In this document: positions 21,265 to 32,859 of the stretch, one piece after another
Numbering within the stretch: the first letter of the stretch is position 1
Layout: every line of letters begins with the position of its first letter
Source: an uncultured Methanosarcinaceae archaeon
Lineage (GTDB): Archaea; Halobacteriota; Methanosarcinia; Methanosarcinales; Methanosarcinaceae
Length of the DNA stretch: 64,000 nucleotides
NCBI GenBank assembly: GCA_963833425.1
Contig: CAWHXP010000010.1
Location: 32,001 to 96,000 of the forward strand
Direction: 5' to 3'
The notes under the pieces: model-generated
What the model was told of the DNA's origin: nothing
What the model saw: only the letters and a program-made list of their open reading frames with translations
The model's database searches: none
Translations under genes and position numbers: made by a program

Positions 21265-23106
21265 TCAACTAATTAATGGAGAAGCATTATTTACTAAATA
21301 AAGAGCAAAATTACCATCTTTAGCCATTTTATTGTATGGCAAAGATTTTGTCGATATTAGATATGTTGTTTTGTTTAATTCCACGGCTTTTAGAGAAATC
21401 TTTCCGGCATTGACATAATTAATATCTCCTTTATTCCAAAATCCATACACGTACTTTTCTTTGTTTATATTTGTAGGAGTAGTAGCTTGATCGATGAGAT
21501 AGACAGTCCCGTTATTTGTGCTATTTGTTAAAAATTTTGCTATACTATTATTCATTTCATCATTTGATTTTGCTACTGAAACCTGGTATAATGTTGTAGA
21601 AAAAATTAGGGATGAAGTGATAATAAAAATCAATAGTAGATTAATATAATGCTTTTTTTTCATTGATAGTGTTATTAATACTACCATCGCCGAAAAATAG
21701 ATGTAAATAACTAATGATGGATGTAAAGATGATGAGATTGTTTGTGTTAGAGTTGTAAAACTAGGGTCATAAAATCTTGCGAATGCATTAAATGTAGGAT
21801 ACCCATAAAATATATTATATACATATAGTGTCGGATTATTTTGTATGTCATTGAATACATTTATAATAATATTATCCCAGGCGAAAATAGATGCTATAAC
21901 AAGTATGAAAGGAATGCAGCTAACTAAAAAATAAATAATATTCCTCTGGTTCATTATTCTTTGATCAAAATTACTTATACATATAATTCCGATTATCACT
22001 ATTATTGGTATGATTGGCTCGATGTACCTCCCAAGTATCAAGTTCGTATTTTTATCCTTAAACAGAAAGCTGATAGTAGCGATTATCAGTAAGATTGAAC
22101 TTATAGAAGCATAGAAAATTGGCACTGATAATGTATGATTTTTCAATGGTTTCTGATTGATCAGTAACAAGATAAAATAATAAATAATGATGAATAACAG
22201 AAAAGATGAACCAACCGACAGGTAACTTATCAAATTAGTAAAGAATTTAATAAATATCATCATATTTTTCATATTTGCGAAAATGTCTATTCCATGTCCT
22301 GCCACTCCTTTGATATTATGAGCTGATCCAAAATCATAAGTTTTCGTTAATTTATCACTAAAGGGTTGATTTATGTCCACGAAATATGTTGAATATGTAA
22401 GCCAACCCAATAAAAATATGATGATACTAACCATTAAAATGAACTTTTTTTTGATTAAAACAAGCATATGATCAGGACTCAAATTTGAAATAATATAATA
22501 TATAAATGCCAATACAAATGCTATTAGCATTGCCAATCCAGTTGATCTGGTGATATATAAATATACAGTTGACAATGAAGCTAATAATTCCCATTTTTTA
22601 TTGTCAGTTTCATAGCTTTTAAGGATAAACCATATGGAAAATAAAAATAAGGGTATAAATAATGTCTCAGTCATTAGCGTAAAGCTATAAAAATTTAAAG
22701 CTGGCAATGTTGACACGGTAATAGAGCCCAGGACTGATACTGCCTTTGAACAGTATTTTTCCATAATAAAAAATGAAGGAAAAATGATTGTGCTAGATAC
22801 GAAAGCGCTTATCACCAACATTATGTGATAGATAATATTTTGGTTATTGGAAATATGATATGCTAATGACAATAAAAATGGATACCCTGGAGAAAAAGAA
22901 CCTAACTTTCCATACAAATTACCGTGCACAATACTTTGGGCAAGGCTATTGTACAAAGTTTCATCTGGAAAAATAAATGGACCACAAAAACGAGATGATA
23001 ATATAATTTTTACAATTACCAATATTACAAAAAATATACATATGATATGAAACGCGTAATTATTGATTAGTCTATCCAAAAATTTGCTTGCGCTAGTATT
23101 ATTCAT
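21265..23106 (-). CDS. Polytopic membrane protein, GT-C (PMT/ArnT-like) glycosyltransferase candidate
   Basis: PDETLY loop after TM1, PGYPFLL, MTETLF and GRYIEP; many transmembrane segments. Confidence 0.65.
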   Translation of the reverse strand: MNNTSASKFLDRLINNYAFHIICIFFVILVIVKIILSSRFCGPFIFPDETLYNSLAQSIVHGNLYGKLGSFSPGYPFLLSLAYHISNNQNIIYHIMLVISAFVSSTIIFPSFFIMEKYCSKAVSVLGSITVSTLPALNFYSFTLMTETLFIPLFLFSIWFILKSYETDNKKWELLASLSTVYLYITRSTGLAMLIAFVLAFIYYIISNLSPDHMLVLIKKKFILMVSIIIFLLGWLTYSTYFVDINQPFSDKLTKTYDFGSAHNIKGVAGHGIDIFANMKNMMIFIKFFTNLISYLSVGSSFLLFIIIYYFILLLINQKPLKNHTLSVPIFYASISSILLIIATISFLFKDKNTNLILGRYIEPIIPIIVIIGIICISNFDQRIMNQRNIIYFLVSCIPFILVIASIFAWDNIIINVFNDIQNNPTLYVYNIFYGYPTFNAFARFYDPSFTTLTQTISSSLHPSLVIYIYFSAMVVLITLSMKKKHYINLLLIFIITSSLIFSTTLYQVSVAKSNDEMNNSIAKFLTNSTNNGTVYLIDQATTPTNINKEKYVYGFWNKGDINYVNAGKISLKAVELNKTTYLISTKSLPYNKMAKDGNFALYLVNNASPLIS

Positions 23107-23724
23107 TAGTCATCCTTTACCGTCAATCATTAGTCTTCCTTAACTGTTACATATAATTGGTGCAGTTAAATTATAAAAAATATTCTATAACTCCCGAATT
23201 TCATTACATGCTTAGAAATAATATCAAAATTAATCTTGAAAGTAAAATATTTAGATAAATCCACATAAGTTTATAAATCCTCATAAGTTGATTATAAAAT
23301 ATATCAACAGCACAACATTTTCCATTATTCTAGTATTTTCCCAGTATTGAAAGATAAATTAAGTTATTATGATAATCAATAATATGAACAGGAAATGTGA
23401 TAAAGCCAGGTTAAATTGGGTTGAGTTGTGGAGTGGCTTATCTTCAATATTGTTCTTATGATCGAACTGTAGTAATAGTTCAGTAACTCCTTTCCTCTGA
23501 TTCCATGTTTTCATACCGGATTCAAGATTTTTGGAAATTCTGAAGAGAACTCTGGTTTTTTTATTATTGTTGTCTACATAAAAATTGCTTCCTGTAGCCT
23601 TTGATTCTTTCTGACAAATATAAAAACATAAAACTTGATCAGCTAAAAATTCCATGTTTGGTAATTTAGGTTAGCCAAAATTTATATATATACGTGGATT
23701 GTTTTTAACCGTGGTAGTGATTCG

Positions 23725-24429
23725 ATGCCATCAGCACAAGTGGAAGAGTATCTGAAAACGATCTATGATATAGCAGGCAAAAACGGCGCTGTGCGGACTA
23801 CTGAGATAGCGAAATGCCTAAAAATATCGCCAGCAAGTGTTACAGAAGCGGTTCAGCATATGGCGAAAAAAGGCCTTGTAGTTTATGCTCCTTATAAAGG
23901 TGCTACTCTCACAAAGGAAGGATTGATAATAGCTATTAAAATTAAACGAAAGCATAGACTTCTGGAAGTATTTCTCACTGATGCCCTCCACATAGATGAA
24001 AAAAAGGCGCATGCTGAAGCCTGTAAGATGGAGCACGATATTTCTGACGAGACGGAAAACGCTTTATGTAAGATTCTTAATGCTCCTGCTAGGTGTCCAC
24101 ATGGAAGCCATATCAGTTCCTGTACCATGTTTGTAGGTACGTGCGATGAATGCAACGGAGCTACTAGTTCACGGAAGCGTAGAACAAATGATGGTAGTAT
24201 TGTTCCGATTACTGACCTTGAACCGTGTGAAAAAGGCCTCATCAAATTCCTTAGGGGAGATAAGAAAATCGTACAGCGGTTATCTGATCTTGGATTAACA
24301 TTGAATACAAAAGTCGAACTACTGCGAAAAGCACCAATGAATGGTCCCATAGAAATATGTGTCAGAAGGACGAATCTAGCGATAGCAAGGGAAATAGCAG
24401 ATAATATTTTTGTAAACGTGTCAAGATAA
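23725..24429 (+). CDS. DtxR/MntR-family metal-dependent regulator with C-terminal FeoA domain
   Basis: EEYLKTIY, SPASVTE, RKHRLLEVFL, AEACKMEH and CPHG, then RLSDLGLT...APMNGPIEI. Confidence 0.92.
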   Translation: MPSAQVEEYLKTIYDIAGKNGAVRTTEIAKCLKISPASVTEAVQHMAKKGLVVYAPYKGATLTKEGLIIAIKIKRKHRLLEVFLTDALHIDEKKAHAEACKMEHDISDETENALCKILNAPARCPHGSHISSCTMFVGTCDECNGATSSRKRRTNDGSIVPITDLEPCEKGLIKFLRGDKKIVQRLSDLGLTLNTKVELLRKAPMNGPIEICVRRTNLAIAREIADNIFVNVSR

Positions 24430-24442
24430 AACGGAGTATTTA

Positions 24443-26422
24443 ATGGCAGGATGTAAAAATTGTGGGCAATGTGATCCAGCATCTAAAAGGATGAAAGATT
24501 TCAAAAGGGTGGTTGCTCTTGCAGGGAATTCTAACGTGGGTAAGAGTGCCATATTTAACCAATTAACTGGCGTGGATCAGATAATAGGCAACTGGCCGGG
24601 GAAGACTGTAGAGCATGCCGAGGGATTATTGCATTATAAAGGTCTGAGGATCAAGATAATCGATCTGCCAGGAATATACTCGTTCTCCACATACTCAATG
24701 GAAGAGATCGTATCTAGAGATTTCATCGCTCTTGAAAAGCCGGACATAGTCGTAAATGTCATAGACGCATCGGCACTGGAACGAAATTTGTTTTTCACAC
24801 TACAACTGATAGAATTAGGCGTACCGATGGTCATAGCACTCAACCAAGTGGACCTTATGGAAAAGAAAGGATTATCCATCGATGCTAAAAAACTTGAGGA
24901 AATCCTGGGAGTGTCTGTAGTCACCACTGTAGCAATCAAGGGAACTGGCATCGATAAATTGACAGAAATAATCATCGATGCAATCGAAAATAAAAAACTT
25001 CCAACCAAAATAAAATACGGTCAAGAAATAGAGCACCGCTTAGAGAAGCTTATAGCAGCTATGGGCAATGTAAACACTGGATATCCTTCACGTTGGACGG
25101 CTATCAAACTCATCGAGAAAGACGCTGATATTCAAAAACTCTTCGAGAAGGCTGATCCGAATGTTCCCATATTAGCTGATTCGCTGGCTGACGAGATCGA
25201 GAAGATACACGGTGAGCCATCTGGAATAGTGATCACAGGGGAGCGCTATCATGTAGCTGACATGATTGCTCACGAAGTCTTCAGAGATATCATGCCAGGT
25301 ATGAAAAAAAGAACGTTGACAGAAACTTTGGATAATATCGCTCTGCACCCAGTATTGGGATATGTGACTGCTATCATGGTCATTGGGGGGCTGTTGGTCT
25401 GGACATTTCTCATAGGTACCCGTGTTTCGGACTTTATACAAGATTCTTTAACTGCTATAGAGCAATACGAGCCAGTCATTACAGGCTCCATAGAAAACAT
25501 TTTATGGAATGGCGCTTTCACCGGATTTGTGGCCGGAGTAACTCTCATAATCCCGTATGTACTACCATTTTACTTAATACTTGCATTTATTGAGGATTCT
25601 GGATACTTGACTAGAATATCATTCATGCTCGATCGCGGTATGCATAAGCTTGGGTTACATGGCAAAGCAGTCATTCCCTTAATACTTGGGTATGGGTGCA
25701 ATGTGCCAGCGGTTTACTCTTGTCGGATAATGGAAACCCCTAAGCAAAAAACACTTCTAGCCTACCTGGTTACACTAATACCATGCACAGCAAGGACTGT
25801 AGTCATTTTAGGATTAGTAGCTACATTTGTAAGTATTTGGTGGGGTCTGGCGCTATATGTATTTGATATATTACTAATTATCGTGGTAGGCCGTATAGCG
25901 TTCAAAGTAATGCCTGGAGAATCTGTTGGTCTGATTATAGAGATGGCAGACTATCATGTCCCTTCTCTCAAAGTCATACTTAAACAGACGTGGGCACGCA
26001 CCAAATCATTAATTATGATTGTATTTCCGGCTTATATCATCGGCAGTGCAGTAGTACAAGCATTATATGCATTTGGGATACTGACTCCAATTAACAATGC
26101 ACTAATACCAATAACTGTTTGGTGGCTTGGATTGCCAGCCGTCTCTGGTATATTGTTGATATTCGGAATCGTTAGGAAAGAAATGACTCTATTAACACTT
26201 GCAGTACTTTTTCATACAACGAACTTTGGCTCGATCATGACTCCGGTTCAATTAATAGTATTAGCGCTTGTCAGCATGATATACATCCCATGCCTAGCTA
26301 ATATACTTGCCCTAGCATCGGAGTTCGGATGGAGAAAAGCGACAGTTGTAACAATAGCAGAAATAGGCACGGCAATAATGATAGGAGGTATTGGATTCAG
26401 GCTACTAAGTCTATTCATGTGA
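24443..26422 (+). CDS. feoB: Ferrous iron transporter B
   Basis: GNSNVGKS, GNWPGKTVE, DLPGIYS and NQVD GTPase motifs; GYGCNVP and IPCTAR gate motifs. Confidence 0.96.
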   Translation: MAGCKNCGQCDPASKRMKDFKRVVALAGNSNVGKSAIFNQLTGVDQIIGNWPGKTVEHAEGLLHYKGLRIKIIDLPGIYSFSTYSMEEIVSRDFIALEKPDIVVNVIDASALERNLFFTLQLIELGVPMVIALNQVDLMEKKGLSIDAKKLEEILGVSVVTTVAIKGTGIDKLTEIIIDAIENKKLPTKIKYGQEIEHRLEKLIAAMGNVNTGYPSRWTAIKLIEKDADIQKLFEKADPNVPILADSLADEIEKIHGEPSGIVITGERYHVADMIAHEVFRDIMPGMKKRTLTETLDNIALHPVLGYVTAIMVIGGLLVWTFLIGTRVSDFIQDSLTAIEQYEPVITGSIENILWNGAFTGFVAGVTLIIPYVLPFYLILAFIEDSGYLTRISFMLDRGMHKLGLHGKAVIPLILGYGCNVPAVYSCRIMETPKQKTLLAYLVTLIPCTARTVVILGLVATFVSIWWGLALYVFDILLIIVVGRIAFKVMPGESVGLIIEMADYHVPSLKVILKQTWARTKSLIMIVFPAYIIGSAVVQALYAFGILTPINNALIPITVWWLGLPAVSGILLIFGIVRKEMTLLTLAVLFHTTNFGSIMTPVQLIVLALVSMIYIPCLANILALASEFGWRKATVVTIAEIGTAIMIGGIGFRLLSLFM

Positions 26423-26434
26423 GAAGTAAAATCT

Positions 26435-26584
26435 GGTTCCGTTGCAAAAAATCTGAACATTTTACAAAATCGTTGAAAACATTCACAATAAGGAGATTTT
26501 AGTTATCAAAGTTGAGTTAAAATAGCATTTAAAGGAATTAATAATAGCCTCAAAGTACAGAAAAATTATTTTTGCAACAGAACC
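26435..26584 (+). mobile_element. IS6-type MITE, 150 bp (copy C)
   Basis: IS6 IRs; left flank TAAAATCT, right flank TGATTGGG. Confidence 0.92.
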
Positions 26585-26706
26585 TGATTGGGAACTGAAT
26601 ATCTTAAAAAATGAAGATCCAATAAAAGAATCATTGGTTAATTGGTTGAGATTATTTAGGGCAAGCTAAAGAGTATCATATTGCCTTTCTGCGATACTTT
26701 GCCTAT

Positions 26707-27867
26707 TCAATATTCAAAAATAGCTTCAATTACGGGCTCTGCAAGTTTTATCACATCTTTTTTAAAAGAGTATATATCATCTAAAACAGCAGAATTTCTT
26801 CCCTTTAATAGTTTCTGTTTCAGTTTTTTCCCCAGAATGTCGTCGTTTCCCGCTTCCAGCCTGAGCACTAAAGACCCCGGATAAATTTCTGTTCGACGCG
26901 CAAGGTTGTCGCAGTCCCCGTCAATGATCCCGATAATAGGAATCTCAAGCCTGGAGAGGATGTCGCCTGCTATGGCTGTGGTGTCATCCCCCACGGTAAC
27001 TGCAAGTTCAGCTCCAGCAGCTAGTTCGAAGGTGTATTCTGCTTTATGATCTATAAGTACAACTTTTCCTGTTCTGAGCCTGGAAGAGAAACCTGAACTT
27101 CTGTCACAGGGATTTTGTTTTTGGGTATTAGGGAGTAAGAAATCGCTTCTTCTCAGGTTCCCACTCTTTGCCCAGGCTTTTGCAAGGTCAAGTGAGTCCA
27201 TTTTTTCATAATTATGAAGCTTTTCTAACCCGTGCTTCTTTAATACTCCCCCTTCGATTGCAACAATAAAGCCATTTTCGGAAACTATGCTTATTTTGGA
27301 AGATAGGGCTTTCCCAATCACGATCCCGTTTACCAGGATATTTTCACCGGGAAAGATGCCTGAAAGCTTGCGGATAACCCGGATTTTACCTGTGATCTGG
27401 CATTTTTCTACAAATACCTTATTTTGAAGAGGTAGAGGGCTTTTCATAGGAAGCCCTAAAGTCTCGGAAAGTGTCTCGAGGTATTCTCCTGCTTTTTTGT
27501 TAAAAAGTATCAATTTCCCATCGGTGCATTTTGGGCTTTCTATCTGGATAAGAGGCTTCATCTCCGGCTCTCTGAGACGAGCGACAACCATCGCTCCGAA
27601 TACCCCCCCGGTTTCAACTGTTTTTCCTCTGTTCAGGAGGCACACAAGGTTTGAGGTCTCAAAAAAGGCTTCGATACAGGCACTCGGCTTCAAGTGTCGA
27701 CTGATGTCTATAACATTTTCAAGTCCGGCATCAAGGACAGCTGTTTTTCCCATGGTCCCTCCAAGCATGGCCTCTACTGTGCCCATGCGAGAAAGTTTTT
27801 CAAGGACTCTTTTCGCCTCTCCCGAATCAATCACTTCGGGTCCGTGAATTACCAGGCCGATCTTCAT
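26707..27867 (-). CDS. DUF2117-family methanogen protein
   Basis: MKIGLVIHGPEVIDSG, LGGTMGKTAVLDA and VTVGDDTTAIAGDIL. Confidence 0.8.
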   Translation of the reverse strand: MKIGLVIHGPEVIDSGEAKRVLEKLSRMGTVEAMLGGTMGKTAVLDAGLENVIDISRHLKPSACIEAFFETSNLVCLLNRGKTVETGGVFGAMVVARLREPEMKPLIQIESPKCTDGKLILFNKKAGEYLETLSETLGLPMKSPLPLQNKVFVEKCQITGKIRVIRKLSGIFPGENILVNGIVIGKALSSKISIVSENGFIVAIEGGVLKKHGLEKLHNYEKMDSLDLAKAWAKSGNLRRSDFLLPNTQKQNPCDRSSGFSSRLRTGKVVLIDHKAEYTFELAAGAELAVTVGDDTTAIAGDILSRLEIPIIGIIDGDCDNLARRTEIYPGSLVLRLEAGNDDILGKKLKQKLLKGRNSAVLDDIYSFKKDVIKLAEPVIEAIFEY

Positions 27868-28173
27868 TTTCAGCTGGTTTAAAGAGAAGACACTTATTAA
27901 TGTTGCCCTTAGAGCTTATCCAAAAAGTGTTGTAACCTACTGTAATATTTACGGTCCGTCGCTGTTCCTAAACCTTAAAGAGGCGCATCGTGCTTGCAAT
28001 CTGCATGTTCATAGGCCCAGGAATTTTTGCATTGACCGGCCTGGCTCGCAGCATGGGAACTATCCATGAAGCGATCCTTTCCTCGCTCCTTATAACCTTT
28101 GTTACCATTTCAATGATCCAGATATCTTCCTTCTTGGCCTGAAATTCCCTTCGACCACCTAGGCTTGCCGGAG

Positions 28174-28203
28174 ATACACAGTTTTTGTAATAAAACTTGG
28201 TAT
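28174..28203. repeat. Degenerate family A site
   Basis: ATACACAGTTTT TGTAATA AAACTTGGTAT, at the end of a GC-richer block. Confidence 0.5.
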
Positions 28204-28400
28204 GTTTATGGATATCCGTATTGATGACTTACAAAACTAACATGCTTAAATGTCATCAAATATCACAATGGGATTATAAATAATAAACCATTAATTATAT
28301 GTACATATTTATATATCTAAAAATATTATTTTCATTTAGTATTAAGTTGAAATATATAAAATGACCATAATAAAATATTGGAAAAAAATCATCTACTAGA

Positions 28401-28690
28401 ATGAAAAAGGTACTGTCCATTTTGTTTGCAGTCCTTTTTGTAGCATCGTTGACAGCTATGTCAGCTAGTGCACGTCCTGGTTGGTACGTGGTGGAAATTG
28501 GGGCTGGGGTGGAAGCTGGCGTGACGGCCTTGGCTGGGGCTGGAACTGGTCTGACCCTTGTCAGTATGTTTTTAATGGTGCAGGATCCTGGGTTGTGTCT
28601 TGCCCTTCCCCAGCAACCAGTTTTCCCTACTTGTGTGAGGTACCTGCCGGTACCGTTAACAACCATTTTCAGCCCACTGTCCAGTCTTAA
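28401..28690 (+). pseudogene. Secreted Gly/Trp-rich peptide with 1-nt frameshift near 28487
   Basis: TGGTACGTGGT here versus TGGTACCGTGGT in the intact paralog 56555..56866; leader in ORF 28401, mature part in ORF 28481. Confidence 0.85.
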
Positions 28691-29113
28691 CTCCGTTAAA
28701 TGAAAACAACAACTGGGTAAAATAAAATTATATGTAAAATGGAAATAAGGTCTAAATGCTTTTACATCCTGCGCAAAATGACCCCAAAAAAGTCCACTAG
28801 CAATTGGTCATAAAAATAAGTTTGAGACCTTTAATTTCTTTTTTTTAGAAATAAATCTATTTCTTTTTATGATCATATAACACAGATCTAAGAAATCTAC
28901 GTCGTAACAGTAACGTTTTACTCTCGTTGCTATCCAGACAATTGATAAATCATGACGATCCGAAAAACCTTATGTCGAAAAACATAAATATTTGTAGATA
29001 TAAGTTAGTTATGAAGTAATAATTAATTGATATTAATTAATAACTTTATACATGTAAAAGCTTCTGAAAATTAAAAAATTAACGACTATTCTAAATCTAC
29101 TGGAGATAACTAA

Positions 29114-29392
29114 ATGACAGAAGCATTAAGTTCCAATAAATCGAGACCTTCCCCCACCCTTAACACTATTCTTATGGTCGAAGACGCCCTCAAGAATAAC
29201 ATGAATAGTGTTGTAACGATAGCAGAACTAAAAAAAATGCTGCCAAGACAAGTAAACCACAACACTCTGATGGTTATTCTGAATTATCTGGAACAAGGAA
29301 ATAAAATTGTTCTGGGGCTCAAGGGAATAACATGGATTCACAGCAGAAATGAAAATTTGAAAAAGGCCGTGGTTCAAGGACTTGAACTATGA
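29114..29392 (+). CDS. Small winged-helix protein, putative antitoxin/regulator
   Basis: PTLNTILMVEDALK...ELKKMLPRQV..NTL..IL.YLE..NKI; overlaps the start of the next gene. Confidence 0.6.
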   Translation: MTEALSSNKSRPSPTLNTILMVEDALKNNMNSVVTIAELKKMLPRQVNHNTLMVILNYLEQGNKIVLGLKGITWIHSRNENLKKAVVQGLEL

Positions 29393-29655
29393 AACATGTC
29401 AGGGTAATTCTTGCCTCAGAGGCTGCAGAAGCATATTATAATGTTATAAACAAAGCATCAGACTCAAAACAAGAAGAAGTTATCCTTAATGCATTTCTTC
29501 AGAAAGTGGAATTGATAAAAGAGAACGTTCATTATGGACAGCCAATTACCAAAAAATTGATTCCTGTTGAATAAAAAACCAAATATGGAATAACGAACCT
29601 GTTTAGAGTAGAGCTTCCTAATTTTTGGAGGATGCTTTACACACTTACAGCAGGA
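29389..29655 (+). pseudogene. RelE-like protein with in-frame TAA at 29572-29574
   Basis: Frame continues after the stop: KTKYGITNLFRVELPNFWRMLYTLTAG. Confidence 0.6.
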
Positions 29656-30141
29656 AGGCCTGAAAGTACGTGATTAAAAAGGTTCCACACGTACTTCTTT
29701 CTTATTTTCCCATAATTACGATTATTTAACTCATTATTTCTATCCGTTTTTAAATTTCTCTCTATTTATACCCTGTTTTCATCCTCGTACATCTCAACCT
29801 CTGTAATTAAATGCCATATTATATTTATAAAAATGTTGTTTTTGTTTTCACTGGATTTAAGACTTACACAATTGAACTGAGACTTCAATAGCATTAAACT
29901 GTTATAGATTTTTATGCATCTGAGTTTTTTTAAATAACAATATTTATTTATATTTAGCACAACTAAATTTGATTTAACTTAACTAATCTTTACTTGATAT
30001 AATATTGAGACTCGCACAGTTTAACTGAAAAATCACTCTGAAATTCAAGTTTAGACCACATCGTCTGTTACGCTTGATTTTGTACTTCAAATGCGTGAGT
30101 CTTAAGCATATTTACTTGACTTGATATTTAATGGTGATCTT

Positions 30142-30849
30142 ATGCATATAATGGAAGGCTTTTTACCGGTTTTTTGGTGTCTAGTATGGTTTGCAGTATC
30201 AATACCAATGGTCGCATTTGGTGTTTACAAAATGAATAAATTAGTGAGCAAAAAACGCGAGATATTACCTATCCTTGCGGTCGCAGGTGCATTTATCTTC
30301 GTGCTTTCCTCCCTAAAAATGCCCTCGGTTACAGGAAGCTGTTCTCATCCTACAGGAACAGGGGTAGGAGCAATCATTTTTGGGCTTGCGATTACTGCAG
30401 TTCTTGGGTCTATTGTACTAATCTTCCAAGCTCTCTTCCTAGCCCATGGAGGGCTTACGACCCTTGGAGCAAATGTATTCTCCATGGGCATCGTGGGTCC
30501 GGTGGTGTCATACCTAATTTATAAGGCCGGAATGAAAGCCAAAATCAACTTTTATTTTATTGTCTTTCTGGCTGCAGCTTTCGGCGACTGGGCTACTTAT
30601 ATTACAACTTCTACACAACTTGCTTTGGCATTTCCTGCAGGAGGAATCTTAAATTATGTGGGTTTCTTCAGTTCATTCAGCAAATTTCTTGAAGTCTTCG
30701 CAATTACTCAGATACCCCTAGCAATCATCGAAGGCGCTGTTAGTGCCCTACTCTTCAAGTATGTGATTGAGGTCAAGAGTGATATCCTTGTTGAAATGAA
30801 CGTATTGACCGAATCTTTAGTTCGCAAAATCAGGGGGCTTGTTGCATGA
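30142..30849 (+). CDS. cbiM: Cobalt ECF transporter S component (copy 1)
   Basis: [10 protein letters not shown]-terminus, GSCSHPTG and [11 protein letters not shown]. Confidence 0.95.
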   Translation: MHIMEGFLPVFWCLVWFAVSIPMVAFGVYKMNKLVSKKREILPILAVAGAFIFVLSSLKMPSVTGSCSHPTGTGVGAIIFGLAITAVLGSIVLIFQALFLAHGGLTTLGANVFSMGIVGPVVSYLIYKAGMKAKINFYFIVFLAAAFGDWATYITTSTQLALAFPAGGILNYVGFFSSFSKFLEVFAITQIPLAIIEGAVSALLFKYVIEVKSDILVEMNVLTESLVRKIRGLVA

Positions 30850-31190
30850 GCAGGAAACTTGAATTTATCGTGATTGCTATAATTCTGATTTTTGCAGCTC
30901 AGTTCTTTTATATGTCTTCTACTACACATGCCGAATATGGTGGAGCTGATGACAAACCCGAAGGTGTTATTGATCAAATTACAGATGGGACTTACAAGCC
31001 CATTGCAAAACCTATCTGGAAACCTCCGAGTGATGAAATAGAAAGCCTGCTTTTTGGCCTTCAGGCAGCTACCGGTGCAATAATTATCGGTTACTTCCTC
31101 GGGTATTACAGAGCAAAAAACAGTTTTGAAAGCGATTTCGGTATTCAAAAAGATAAAAAACTGCAAAGGGACGAAAAAATCCAAACATGA
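30846..31190 (+). CDS. cbiN: Cobalt transport protein CbiN (copy 1)
   Basis: [36 protein letters not shown]. Confidence 0.93.
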   Translation: MSRKLEFIVIAIILIFAAQFFYMSSTTHAEYGGADDKPEGVIDQITDGTYKPIAKPIWKPPSDEIESLLFGLQAATGAIIIGYFLGYYRAKNSFESDFGIQKDKKLQRDEKIQT

Positions 31191-31276
31191 TAGGTAATCC
31201 TTAATTTTTAACCTTTAGAGGGTTCTAAAAAACCCTCAAATTTGCTTGATTGTTTGTAAAGAGCATATAATTAATT

Positions 31277-31425
31277 GGTTCCGTTGCAAAAATAATTTTA
31301 CTGCCTTTTTAGGCTATAATGGTTGCCTTTTGTGTCATTATTGACCTGTTGATGGCATATATAGATCCTATTTGTGAATGTTTTCAACGATTTTGTAAAA
31401 TAGCCATATTTTTTGCAACGGAACC
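31277..31425 (-). mobile_element. IS6-type MITE marking the end of the cbiMN duplication
   Basis: IS6 IRs; identity with the 60.6-kb region stops at 31276. Confidence 0.88.
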
Positions 31426-31514
31426 TTAATATGAGTACACTAAAATAAAATATAAAAATTCATTTAAAATAGTTGTATTATTCATTTGCATTAATTCATC
31501 ATCGAGAGAAAAAT

Positions 31515-32809
31515 TCACTTGGAGTTAATAAATCCTGTGTTTTTATGTACTACCTTTGCGTTGGAAAGTACAATAGATTCGATATCAGCGTAATTTTTCA
31601 CAATTGCTGCTTTCAAAAGTGGCGTATATAATATGTCCATGACATCAATAATATCACCAGTCACGGAGAAAAACCGAGTATTGCCGTGTCCACGTATTTC
31701 GTATTTATGAATTAGTTGCTTTTCTCCGAGTTCGCCTAATCTATGTGAAACATGGGTATCGCAATTTGGAGAATCGCCAATTAATTTACATATTTTCTTG
31801 TATACTTGATTCACTATTCCGGAGTGCGGTGGTAATTTGCCTTTCACTGTAGTTAAAGCCATACTAGCCAAGTGAATAGATAATATGAGATATCTATCTA
31901 TGTGCTGATATTTTTTGGAGCATTTCAGTTGTTGCTCTGGTATTTACGGCATTTTCTGCTGCATCTATATGGTCTTTGGTAACGCATATGGAATTTTCAA
32001 ACAATGCTATTTTTCCTGCTTCGTAAATTGTGTCAATTGCTCTGCGAGCATCACCGTGATATTTATCGGCAATTTTCTTTGCGCAGTATCTGAAAATTTC
32101 ATCCGTCACAGCATCGTCCAAGAATGCTTCTCTTCGCATCTGTATTATCTGGGAAATTGCAATAATGAAATGCAGCTGAAGACAATACTTTCCCATCAAG
32201 TTTTTGTAGATAATCTTTCTGATTTGACGCGAGAATTATTTCTATTGCAACATTCTTACCTTTAATTTTTTGGTGTGATAATGCTCGACTTAGCTGGTAT
32301 AGGATATTGTCAGGCTCGTTAAATTTATCAATTTCGTCGAAGAAAACTACAACAGTATAAAAAGAGTATCTTTCTGCTGTCTTGTCGATAAGATCCCAAA
32401 TTTCGCGCAGGTATTGATTAAACTGCAATCCTTGCCTTATGACAACACCGGATAATTGCTCTAATATTTCAGTACATGCCATGATTTCATTTTTCACAGA
32501 TGTGCAGTCTAGTGTTACAACATCGACGAGAATATTCTTTCCCTGCTTTTTTATGCCATCAGCAAGAATATTTAGCACATATCGCACAGTAATTGTTTTT
32601 CCCGCTCCGGTATCTCCCCAAATATACATATTGCCTGGATTGCCCTGGCGAAGAACTGCCGAAAGATTAAACGCAACCTCTCTCACCTCTTTATCTCTAG
32701 CGATTAATGATTTCGGGACAAAAGTGTTACTCAAAAGATTTTCACACCTAAAGATGTTTCCTTGTTGGGGGAATAAATCAGAAAAAACATCATCGGATAC
32801 ATCAACCAT
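31515..32809 (-). pseudogene. cdc6: Cdc6/Orc1 replication initiator in three frames
   Basis: IWGDTGAGKT Walker A, FFDEID Walker B, HGDARRAID sensor and C-terminal wH; breaks near 32145 and 31897. Confidence 0.9.
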
Positions 32810-32859
32810 GTAGTTCACCTTTTTTCGATTATATACAAGAAGATGCGATATATACATAT

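Noticed and set aside
29890..30140. Cobalamin riboswitch upstream of cbiM
   Set aside because: No B12-box or conserved GGGAA/GCCACTG elements recognisable by eye; a covariance-model search would be needed.
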